From a virus (lineage: Duplodnaviria; Caudoviricetes), in IMG/VR virus record IMGVR_UViG_3300042191_000051, positions 1-48,096 of that record: a DNA stretch of 48,096 bases. The stretch is one strand, 5' to 3'. This document shows, piece after piece, positions 37,523 through 46,300 of this stretch. Every line of letters begins with the position of its first letter. Within the stretch, counting starts at the first letter, position 1. The position numbers were made by a program, and so were the translations under genes. Under the pieces are notes generated by a model that was not told the origin of the DNA, searched no databases, and worked only from the letters and a program-made list of their open reading frames with translations.

Positions 37523-37657
37523 TCATCCCGTCACCTCAACCTCTTTATCTTTAAACTCTTCCGTTTCCAGCATAGCCAGGTAACGATCAACTGCTTCGAC
37601 TACCCGGTAATGGCCTATTTTTTCCGCCCATTCGCGGAATTTCATTAGTTCGGTCAT
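37523..37657 (-). CDS. Hypothetical protein (44 aa)
   Basis: Manual ORF MTELMKFREW...VEVTG; ATGA coupling at both ends. Confidence 0.45.
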   Translation of the reverse strand: MTELMKFREWAEKIGHYRVVEAVDRYLAMLETEEFKDKEVEVTG

Positions 37658-37950
37658 GGTTTGTCCAACGGAAACCATTTAATCGGACCCGGCGTTGCTG
37701 TCAGTATTCTTTCAGGAAATTCGTCCTCGACATACCACTTCACAAACTGTTTCGCGGCTCTCTCAGCCATAATCCCGGTACTGAATCCGCTTCCCTGGCC
37801 GATCAATTTTCCGGCGCCGTAAATAACTTTAAAACCCCATACGGTCTTCGATTCGTTGTGTTTTATTTCAATGTCTGTCAAACAATTATCCATTTCCAGT
37901 TCTCCAATCTGTTCTCTTATGTCCATCATCGTATTCATCAAAGGAATCAA
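37654..37950 (-). CDS. Hypothetical protein
   Basis: Operon-oriented ORF; start uncertain because it overlaps the helicase end. Confidence 0.5.
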   Translation of the reverse strand: MIPLMNTMMDIREQIGELEMDNCLTDIEIKHNESKTVWGFKVIYGAGKLIGQGSGFSTGIMAERAAKQFVKWYVEDEFPERILTATPGPIKWFPLDKP

Positions 37951-39523
37951 AATAACTTGTTATTTTTTCAATCTGTTTTTGCGTTGGTTTGGTGGTCTTA
38001 ATCATTTTCACCATTTGTTTTAACGGGATTTTTAAATTATCTCCAAATTCTTGATAGGAAATAAAGTATGAATTACAGTATTTTATAACCTTATCTACCG
38101 TTTCAATCTGGATTGCCGTTGGCAATTTTTTCTTCTCTTCGCGCGCTGTCAATACATTTCTAGCCCATCCCTCTGGATTTTTCATCCGACGCATTCTGCC
38201 AATCTCAGCCAGCGATTCAATATCCTTCGCCATAGCCCGGTTCGCCCTGAACTGCATGGCAACAACTTTCGGATCCACTTCTTGCAACTCACCATCGACT
38301 TCTTCAACCACTCGCGGTTTACTGGCAAACACGGCGCCACAGTCTTTACATTTGGTAGCCTGTATCGTGTTTATGCAACCACAGTCCGGGCACTGGCGGA
38401 TAGCTATATCATCGGGGTCTTTCTTCCCTCTCTTCGATTTATGCCCTTCCAGCGACCATTCCCGCGGCGAATCCGGTAAACCGTGGCGCGCTGAATTGCC
38501 AACGTGATCCAGGATGATCGCGTATTCCTTCCCTGGCGCCGTGCGTAATACCCGGCCCCACTGTTGCAAGCACAGAGCCAAACTATCGGTCGGCCTGAGA
38601 TTGATGCAGCCTATCGCGCCCGGTACGTCATAGCCCTCGGATATTAAATCGCAAGACGCCATCACGTTCAGTTGGCCGGCTGCAAAATCACGGTTTCGGT
38701 TCTGGCGATCTGTCACGTTCATTTTTCCATCGATCGATGCAGCCCGGAAGCCGGCGGCGCGGAATTCAGCGGCCACGTTCTCGGCGTGTTGTATCGAATT
38801 GCAGAACGCCAGTGTCGGAGCGCCGTTCAGGTGTTTTTTGTAGTGCGTAATTGCATTGCCGGTAATTTTCGGCTTGTCCACCAGTTCTTCGACTTCAGCC
38901 TTTACGAAATCACCCATGTGGTGATGCAGTTGTGAGGTATCCAGTTGTACCGGCGGTGCGAACATCTTGTACTTCGATAGCCGGCCAAGCGCGATCAGTT
39001 CGGCAACGTCCGGGCCGATAATCAGATGATCATACGTTTGGCCCAATCCTTCGCCCGATAACCGCTCTGGCGTAGCAGTCCATCCCACTGTAATCAGCTT
39101 CGGATTGTAGTGCTTCCAGTAGGCAATGATCTTGCCCCAGGTCGAATCAGCGATAGCGTGATGCCCTTCATCCACAAACAGGTAATCCGGAACCTGGATC
39201 AGCGGTAGCCGGCGCGCCAGTGTGAACGCACTGGCAACGTGAATAGCGGTAAACGGATTGTAATATCTCGATCCGGATTGAATCAGGTCATGCAGCAAAC
39301 CGAAATTATCCAGCGTTTCATGGATCTGTTCGGCAATTTCCTTGCGGTGATTCAGGATGACGGTACGCTTCCCGGCGGCGCGGAGTTTTCCGGCCAGCCA
39401 GGCGAACATGACGGTTTTCCCTGATCCGGTCGGAGACACGATTAACGGTGATTTGAATCCAGCGCGCAGACTCGAGCGCAAGCGATCCATGATTACCGTT
39501 TGTGTGTCGTATAACTCGAACAT
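37886..39523 (-). CDS. SF2 DExH helicase (RadD/YejH-like) with zinc finger
   Basis: SPTGSGKT, VDEGHH, TATPER, EGYDVP, QQWGRVLR, LDHVGN and CPDC...CKDCG. Confidence 0.92.
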   Translation of the reverse strand: MFELYDTQTVIMDRLRSSLRAGFKSPLIVSPTGSGKTVMFAWLAGKLRAAGKRTVILNHRKEIAEQIHETLDNFGLLHDLIQSGSRYYNPFTAIHVASAFTLARRLPLIQVPDYLFVDEGHHAIADSTWGKIIAYWKHYNPKLITVGWTATPERLSGEGLGQTYDHLIIGPDVAELIALGRLSKYKMFAPPVQLDTSQLHHHMGDFVKAEVEELVDKPKITGNAITHYKKHLNGAPTLAFCNSIQHAENVAAEFRAAGFRAASIDGKMNVTDRQNRNRDFAAGQLNVMASCDLISEGYDVPGAIGCINLRPTDSLALCLQQWGRVLRTAPGKEYAIILDHVGNSARHGLPDSPREWSLEGHKSKRGKKDPDDIAIRQCPDCGCINTIQATKCKDCGAVFASKPRVVEEVDGELQEVDPKVVAMQFRANRAMAKDIESLAEIGRMRRMKNPEGWARNVLTAREEKKKLPTAIQIETVDKVIKYCNSYFISYQEFGDNLKIPLKQMVKMIKTTKPTQKQIEKITSYFDSFDEYDDGHKRTDWRTGNG

Positions 39524-39969
39524 TAATCGTCTTCCGGCGCCGGTAACAACTTCTGTTTGCTAATTTCTTCAATCACGCTCAAGCCAGAAGGCAGCATGAT
39601 ATGAGACAAAAACGCAGCTTCAAAACTCATAACGCCACATTCAACGGCCGTAACCTGACCTTTTACCCAGTCTCTAAGAATTGAGTAAACAGCTACCTCA
39701 CCAACACTGAGCGCCTTGCTTTCATGTTGCGATTTTGAACAATGTTTTGTGCTTGTCCAGGGGTCTTCCTTTAACAACGCGGCTGCATAGCCCTTGCTGC
39801 TGACTTTCAGGTTTATCATTCGGTTACGGTGTTCAAACTGAATATAAATCTCACCTGTATCCCAATCGGTTCCGGATGCAAATTTATTGCAACCAAACGA
39901 CTTCAGGATATTCTGAATTTCATCCAGCGCGCGTTTACCAGCAGTAGCATTAGAGTACGGCAATGCCAT
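39523..39969 (-). CDS. Hypothetical phage protein (148 aa)
   Basis: Probable start MALPYSNAT; ILRDWVKGQVTAVECG motif. Confidence 0.65.
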   Translation of the reverse strand: MALPYSNATAGKRALDEIQNILKSFGCNKFASGTDWDTGEIYIQFEHRNRMINLKVSSKGYAAALLKEDPWTSTKHCSKSQHESKALSVGEVAVYSILRDWVKGQVTAVECGVMSFEAAFLSHIMLPSGLSVIEEISKQKLLPAPEDD

Positions 39970-40226
39970 CACTTTCTCCCAAATATCCGCAACAGTTCCG
40001 GCGATGGAGTATCCCAACAATCACAACAAAGGCGCATTTCTTCATATTCGCCGCGGAACCAGTTTACTTGTACCCAAACCTTGCGCGTTGTGCCTTTTCC
40101 GCACTTCACGCACGGCTTCCCGTATTTAGGGTCAGTCTTTTGTCCATCGACCTCCCTCTGGATTTGCCTAAAGTTAGGTTTCATGCCTCTCTCGACAATG
40201 CGCGGGTATTTAGCCATTTTTTTCAT
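39969..40226 (-). CDS. Small zinc-binding protein
   Basis: CVKC...VQVNWFRG...CCDC. Confidence 0.55.
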   Translation of the reverse strand: MKKMAKYPRIVERGMKPNFRQIQREVDGQKTDPKYGKPCVKCGKGTTRKVWVQVNWFRGEYEEMRLCCDCWDTPSPELLRIFGRK

Positions 40227-40492
40227 TTGGCGGATTCATCTATCGTATTAAACTTGTCCTCGTATTGAAAATACGCCACCTGCAAATCAACTCGCAATCC
40301 ATCAATTCCACCATGTTCTTTGGCAAATCCAGGATTCCGCAGCCCAAGATAAAGATCACTTAACGAATCTTTTATTTCAATTAATGCCGCTAGCCTACAA
40401 TAAACGCACGGTTCCTTTCTCTTAAAGTCAATTTCTGGCTGGTAGCAATGATCTACGCACGTTACAACACCTTCCTTCGATTTATCCATCAC
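40223..40492 (-). CDS. Hypothetical protein (89 aa)
   Basis: Coupled ORF with CVDHC and CVYC. Confidence 0.5.
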   Translation of the reverse strand: MMDKSKEGVVTCVDHCYQPEIDFKRKEPCVYCRLAALIEIKDSLSDLYLGLRNPGFAKEHGGIDGLRVDLQVAYFQYEDKFNTIDESAK

Positions 40493-40680
40493 TTCCTCCC
40501 AAACACCAAATCTTCCGCACTCAGTTCACCACCAGACATCTGAATCAGCTTCACATGATGCTCTGATGGTACGCGGCCGGATTCTCGCCATCTAAGAATC
40601 GTGCTCGGGTTAATATCCAGGAGCCTGCCCAGCGGCCTGACTCCAAACTGATCAATTACTAATTCTACGGGAGTTTTCAT
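40489..40680 (-). CDS. Cro/YdaS-like HTH regulator
   Basis: GVRPLGRLLDINPSTILRWRESGRVP...SGGELSAEDL. Confidence 0.8.
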   Translation of the reverse strand: MKTPVELVIDQFGVRPLGRLLDINPSTILRWRESGRVPSEHHVKLIQMSGGELSAEDLVFGRK

Positions 40681-40948
40681 TGTGTTCCTTCCTGATTCTG
40701 TCGGCGTTATCGAAAAACTGGTTGATCTGTTCTTGAGAGAACGTATTGGTAAGCGCCTGCTGGAAAATATCGGCTTCGATTTGATTCAGGTCAAGCGTAT
40801 TCAATGTTATCGCGTAATCCCGGGCCAGAAGCTGTCTTATTTTTTGGCAGGATGCCAGTTCTTTCCGGCAGGACGCCAGCGTGTAATACGCCTTATTCAG
40901 TTCGGCATCACTGAACAATCTCTTGAGCCAATCGAAAAACATTTTCAT
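40652..40948 (-). CDS. Hypothetical protein (98 aa)
   Basis: First ORF of the leftward operon; AGGA RBS. Confidence 0.55.
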   Translation of the reverse strand: MKMFFDWLKRLFSDAELNKAYYTLASCRKELASCQKIRQLLARDYAITLNTLDLNQIEADIFQQALTNTFSQEQINQFFDNADRIRKEHNENSRRISN

Positions 40949-41051
40949 AATTTATAATCCTATGGTTGCAATATAGCGTACACTGTAGCACAATGATCGC
41001 ATAATTGCACACGAGTTAAAAATATTTATTTCACCTGATTGGAGACAAACA

Positions 41052-41930
41052 ATGACAGACCACCCCATCGAACCCGGCATCTACGATATGCCTGAAGACC
41101 AGTATTTTGACTTCCCGGCTTTCAGTAATTCAGACCTGAAACTGATCGCACGTTCACCGGCCCACTATTGGGCAGCAAAGCGCGACCCGAACCGTGAGCC
41201 TGAAAAAGAAACGCCGGCGAAACTGGCTGGCCGCGCGTTCCACTGTGCAATCCTGGAACCTTCCGAGTTTCCGAACAGGTACATAAAAGCACCGCCGAAC
41301 GCTCCCAGTCGCCCCACAATCGCACAGATCAATGCCAAGAAGCCATCGGAAAGCAGCATTGCTCAAATGGAATTTTGGGCTGATTTTGACGCCAAGGCAA
41401 ATGGAAGAATAGTCCTGAAGTCGGATGAATACGAAAATCACCTGACCATTGCCAGCGGTATCCGGAGCCATCCTGAACTGGCAGTCCTGCTAAAAAACGG
41501 CCTCGCGGAAAAGAGCGTGTTCGCCGTTGACCCTGAAACCGGGTTACTGATCAAATGCAGGACGGATTATTTCACGCAGTTGAAAGACATCAACATAATT
41601 ACCGATCTGAAATCTAGCGCAGACGCGCGGCCATTCCCATTTCAGCGGGATGCGTACAAGTTTGGCTATTTCCAGCAAGCGGCATTCTATTCCGACATCT
41701 GGAACCTGATTGGTTATCCCATCGATACCTGGATCATCACGGCATTTGAAAAAGAAGCACCCTACGCCGTTAAACTGTACGAAATCGAAGGTGCCGATAT
41801 TGAGTTTGGCCGGAAGCAGTACCGCCAGTCTCTGAATATTGCAGCAGAGTGCCACGCCACCGATTGTTGGCCGGCATATGACACGGATGTTATAAAATTG
41901 CACATTCCGGGTTATGCGAGTATCGACTGA
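41052..41930 (+). CDS. RecE/exonuclease VIII-like PD-(D/E)XK nuclease (DUF3799-like)
   Basis: FSNSDLK, GRAFHCAILEP, AEKSVF...KCRTDY...DLKS and YFQQAAFY motifs. Confidence 0.9.
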   Translation: MTDHPIEPGIYDMPEDQYFDFPAFSNSDLKLIARSPAHYWAAKRDPNREPEKETPAKLAGRAFHCAILEPSEFPNRYIKAPPNAPSRPTIAQINAKKPSESSIAQMEFWADFDAKANGRIVLKSDEYENHLTIASGIRSHPELAVLLKNGLAEKSVFAVDPETGLLIKCRTDYFTQLKDINIITDLKSSADARPFPFQRDAYKFGYFQQAAFYSDIWNLIGYPIDTWIITAFEKEAPYAVKLYEIEGADIEFGRKQYRQSLNIAAECHATDCWPAYDTDVIKLHIPGYASID

Positions 41931-42097
41931 TGTGTATTCCGTTAAAAGATAAAGTAGTCGTAACCAGGACGCATCACTGGTGCGAAGAATGCGGTTGGGT
42001 GATTCAAGTCGGTCATCTTGCCAGGTATTTCGTTTCAATCATTGACGGTGTTTTCCGGCATGGCTGGATTCACTATCATCATTCCATTAAGGATTAA
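41930..42097 (+). CDS. Small Cys/His protein (55 aa)
   Basis: Manual ORF MCIPLKDKVVVTRTHHWCEECG...; TGATG coupling. Confidence 0.5.
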   Translation: MCIPLKDKVVVTRTHHWCEECGWVIQVGHLARYFVSIIDGVFRHGWIHYHHSIKD

Positions 42098-42102
42098 TTA
42101 AC

Positions 42103-42423
42103 ATGGATCGCCCAAAACTTGGACAGAAAGTAACCGCAACAGACCGGCTCAGAAGAGTAGATATGCACGCTGGTCACGCTTATGGATGGGGAAAAGAATG
42201 GAAACGGGAAGCTGATATGTACTCGTTTACAAGCGCAAAACCCGTCACCGGTATTTATATAGGCAAAAGAACATACAGCAATGGAATTACTGGCAGTCCT
42301 GAAGACGGATGCCCGTATGAGCCAAAAGAGCATTTTGAAGTTTGGCTGATCGTTCCAAATGAAAGATCAAAACCAGTTCCGGTTTACCCGGCAGATTGCA
42401 ATTTAACACAGGAAAAATCATGA
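42103..42423 (+). CDS. Hypothetical protein (106 aa)
   Basis: TAAGGA RBS; GIYIGKRTYSNG motif. Confidence 0.6.
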   Translation: MDRPKLGQKVTATDRLRRVDMHAGHAYGWGKEWKREADMYSFTSAKPVTGIYIGKRTYSNGITGSPEDGCPYEPKEHFEVWLIVPNERSKPVPVYPADCNLTQEKS

Positions 42424-43340
42424 GCAAAGAACTCTCAACAGTAGACCAGTTTAAAGAAATTCTTTACGGAGACAGCGTTCAGTCAGGTTTTGGCGCCGTA
42501 CTTCCGAAGGATGTTAATCGGGATATGTTCACCGCAGTCGTGGTGCGCGCCATTCAGGAAGACCCAACGCTTCTGGACGCCGACCGCAAATCCCTGTTTC
42601 TGTCCTGCCAGGATGCAGCGAAAGACGGTTTGGTGCCGGATAAGCGAGAAGGCGCTCTGGTGGTTCGATCGACCAAGGTAAATGGCCAGTGGGTTAAAAA
42701 GGTCACATGGCAACCAATGGTTGGCGGTTTGCGGAAGAACCTGGCGCGCGCCGGATTCGATATTCGCGCTGAAGTTGTCTTTGAAAACGACACGTTCAAC
42801 CAGCAGCTTGGCGATCACCCGGAAATCAACCACAGTCCACCGCCACTTGGCGAACCGCGCGGCGATGTTATCGGCGCATACGCGATTGCAACCAGGCTTT
42901 CAACCGGCGATAAGTACCGTGAAGTTATGGGATTCGCTGAACTGGAACAGGTGCGCGCGGTAGCAACAACAGACGCAATCTGGAAGACGTGGACGAACGA
43001 AATGTACCGGAAGACAGTCGCGCGCCGGCTGGTAAAATTCCTGCCAATCACCGGAGAAGAATCACAGGTTCTGTACGATATGATGGACAGGGATAACCGT
43101 AATTTTGAAGTAGCCGCGGATTCCGGCCCGAGCGAAGCGGCAAAAACCGTTCAGGAGCAGACCCGGAAGCCGCCGGTTAAAGCCAGTGCGAAACCAGCGT
43201 TACCGAAGGTTAAGCCAGCCCCGAAGGTTGTCACAGAGACTGCAGCGCCGCCGGCTAAGGTTGCGCCGGTAGTCGAAGATTCGGAAAATCCCGCCGCCGG
43301 CATAGAAGAAGTAGCCGACGATGATGGACCGGGGTTCTGA
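42420..43340 (+). CDS. recT: RecT-family single-strand annealing protein
   Basis: SLF..C.DAAKDGL.PD, EVVFENDTF, VIGAYAIA, W...NEMYRKTVARRL.KFLP. Start ATG 42420. Confidence 0.9.
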   Translation: MSKELSTVDQFKEILYGDSVQSGFGAVLPKDVNRDMFTAVVVRAIQEDPTLLDADRKSLFLSCQDAAKDGLVPDKREGALVVRSTKVNGQWVKKVTWQPMVGGLRKNLARAGFDIRAEVVFENDTFNQQLGDHPEINHSPPPLGEPRGDVIGAYAIATRLSTGDKYREVMGFAELEQVRAVATTDAIWKTWTNEMYRKTVARRLVKFLPITGEESQVLYDMMDRDNRNFEVAADSGPSEAAKTVQEQTRKPPVKASAKPALPKVKPAPKVVTETAAPPAKVAPVVEDSENPAAGIEEVADDDGPGF

Positions 43341-46300
43341 TTAGTTTGCCACCCGTTTCGCGCGCCTTATCTCTGAAATATTGTCTTTCTTGATTTGGCG
43401 CGCGGAATTTTCAAGTTCTTTTGCTATTTTCATTCCGCGCCACATCCCTGTATCGACATCACCGGATTCGAGTGCCTTTTTCAAGGTTGGCGAGTAATCG
43501 GCCATATCCGCAATATCAGACAGTTTCGTTTGCTTCTGCAATTTACGCATTGCACTGTTAATATCGCTGATCAGTTCAGTTTTATCGCCCTTGATTGCTT
43601 CAGGCAAATCCTTGATCTTCACACCGCTTGCAGTTTCCTTAACATCACCACGGCGATACTTTACAGCAGCGGGATCCTCTTCCAGTCGCTTACGATATAC
43701 CTTAGTCGTTTCAGTGCGCTTGTAGGTGTCCAGGCTGGCGCCGGACAACAGCCACGGATACTCTTTCTCCAATTCCTTGAACTTTTCGCGCTTGGCTTTC
43801 GCAGTTGGTTCAGCCGTTACCTGATCCTTAATCTCCTGAATCTTTTTATCTATCGCGCCACGCTGTTCGCTCCAGCCACCATCACCATAGGTTTGTGCGC
43901 CGGCGCCGAATGTAACAAGCGTTTGTAGTGCTATCGCTCCTGGAACGCCGTTTTCCTCGATCATTCCGGAGAAATCACGCAACGACAGCGGAGCGAACAT
44001 AGCCAATGAATCAATCAGCGGATCAACTTGCTGGCCGACTACATTTTTACCGTCCCAAAAGTTCAAAAGGAATCCTGGGAACGGTGCAAATTTTGATCGC
44101 GTAAATGTTCCGACAACGCCAGAAACGGTACTGTTACCGTATTCAACGCCGGCATACTTATCAATATCACCGGTAGGCAATCGCCACCAGTTACGCAAAG
44201 CCTTAACATCGCCACGGCCAGTTTTCGTTTGTCCCGCGAGTATCCTGGTAAGCAGAACGGTTGGCTGAATCAATCCGGACATCAGATCAATTCGGGTATC
44301 TCCAAATCTAACCTTCAGGAAATTACTTGACCGCGGATCGAATGAAATAACCTCTCTTTCATCGTCATCATCACGGAATGCAGCCGCAGCCATTGCCGCC
44401 AGGCTGAGTACAATTGACACACCAGCAAAGTATCTTGCGTATTCTTTTGCAATCATTACCCGCACAGAGTTCGGCGCCGCGTACATCGGTTGGCCAAAGA
44501 GGAAATTAAACCTGGAAGCCACGTATTTCGGCGCGAAAAACACGGTAGCCAGGTGCGCGCCGGCATCAGAATCTTCTTTTAATTTCAATAACCCGAGTAC
44601 GTTAATTTTGCCGCGCCCGGTAGCCACGTTGACGTAATTCGCAATGGCTTTTAATTCTTCTTCCGTAGCCGTATGACCGTCATGCGTGAGGGTATCCAGC
44701 ATCATATCGAAAGCATCGGCCCGGAGTTTGTTCAGGAAGGTGACATAGGCGCGTCCAGAGCCTGCGATCAGTGGTATCTTTTCCGCCCATGTTGACATAT
44801 ACACTTCTTCCATCTTTGAAAGGTCTGAAGTGTTCTGTTCAGCAATAAACAGTTTTGACCGCTTGTAGAGATTGGCATTTTTCCGGCCCTGTATTTCGGT
44901 GTTGATCTTATGCGCGTTTTCCTTTGACCGGAACGCCCGGAGCATAGGCATAAAACCTTTCTTGAACAGTGACGGGTGCGCCAGGACAACGATACCGCCC
45001 TGCCTGAGTGCGGCAGATAAATCCACGGCGGTAATCACGGCACGCGAAAGATTCAGCAATTTCACGCCTTGAACCAGTTTCTGCTTGAACCATCCCATTT
45101 TATCAAACCGATATTTAGCCAACATTGCGTTAAATTCGGCTTTCTGTTCATCGACCTGGAACCGGAGTTTCGCAACCGCTTTATCATCCTCAACAATCTG
45201 ACGTTTCGGCTTCTCGCTGAAATCCTTATTCTGGATCCTTTCGGTCAATTCGGCTTGCCGGCGGAGCAGAGCGGCCATGCGCTGACGGTTTATGCGTTCT
45301 TCCCGGCTCATTATCGGCTTGCTGGCTTTCTTAGCCGCCAGGTACACATCCCGGCGCGCATCACGCAACAGACGCAACGCCCGGACGCGCTCAGTTACCG
45401 GAACATCTTTCTTTTCGTACAGGACGGAGAAATCACCGGCTGCAATCCGTTGGTCATACTTATCGATAGCTTCCTCAAGTGCCTTGATCTTCGCCGCTTC
45501 CAATTTTTCATCGGTGGTACGCGGGTCTTTCAGGAAACGGCGCATTGTCGCAACCGCTTTTCGCAGTTCATCGATCTCGCCCTTCAGATCGGCCGCTTCT
45601 TTGGTCAGTGGAACAAACTGCTTCTGCTCTTTGGCCGCTTCACGGTTTTCCAGAACCTTGTCCAGATGGTCGCGGAGTTCTGCCAGGTTATTAAGCTGTT
45701 TTTCCTCTGGAGAAATTGGCGGGTTTTTGGCGTCATCGATCATCTTGATGGTCTTTTTCAGAATTTCGATCTTCTCTTTCAGTTTCGCAACCGCCGGCGA
45801 ATCGTCTACCTCAACTCTCGGTCCAGGCCGTTCACCAGTGGCAACCTGCTTCTCGAGATCCGCAACCCGATTGCGTAGCCGGGTAAGCCTGGTTTCTTCA
45901 ACGCTGGCGAGTTTTTCAGCCGACATTACGGGATTCTTTTTGGCGCGCTCCCGCAATAGGATGTTCAGTACCTTTTGGCGCTCCCTGATCTTCTGAGTGG
46001 CTTTATCTCGCTGGAATCCGGTCTTCAGTGCGTCACGGTCTGCATTCAGCCGGTCAATGCTCTCCTGAAGCCGTACAAGCGTCTTGATCTCGCGCAGTTC
46101 CCTGTGGTGGTCTTCCTGCGATGGAACGATTGTTCTACCGTATTTAGTAAATTCAAGCCGCACTTCATGTTCAGTAATGCCAGGGTAAGAACCCTGCAGG
46201 GCTTCCGTAACAGCGGCCATAACCGCATTTTCACCGCGAACACCGTCAAGGATAAATGCCAGCGCAAGTTTAACAATCAGACTCTGGCTGAGAGGATCAC

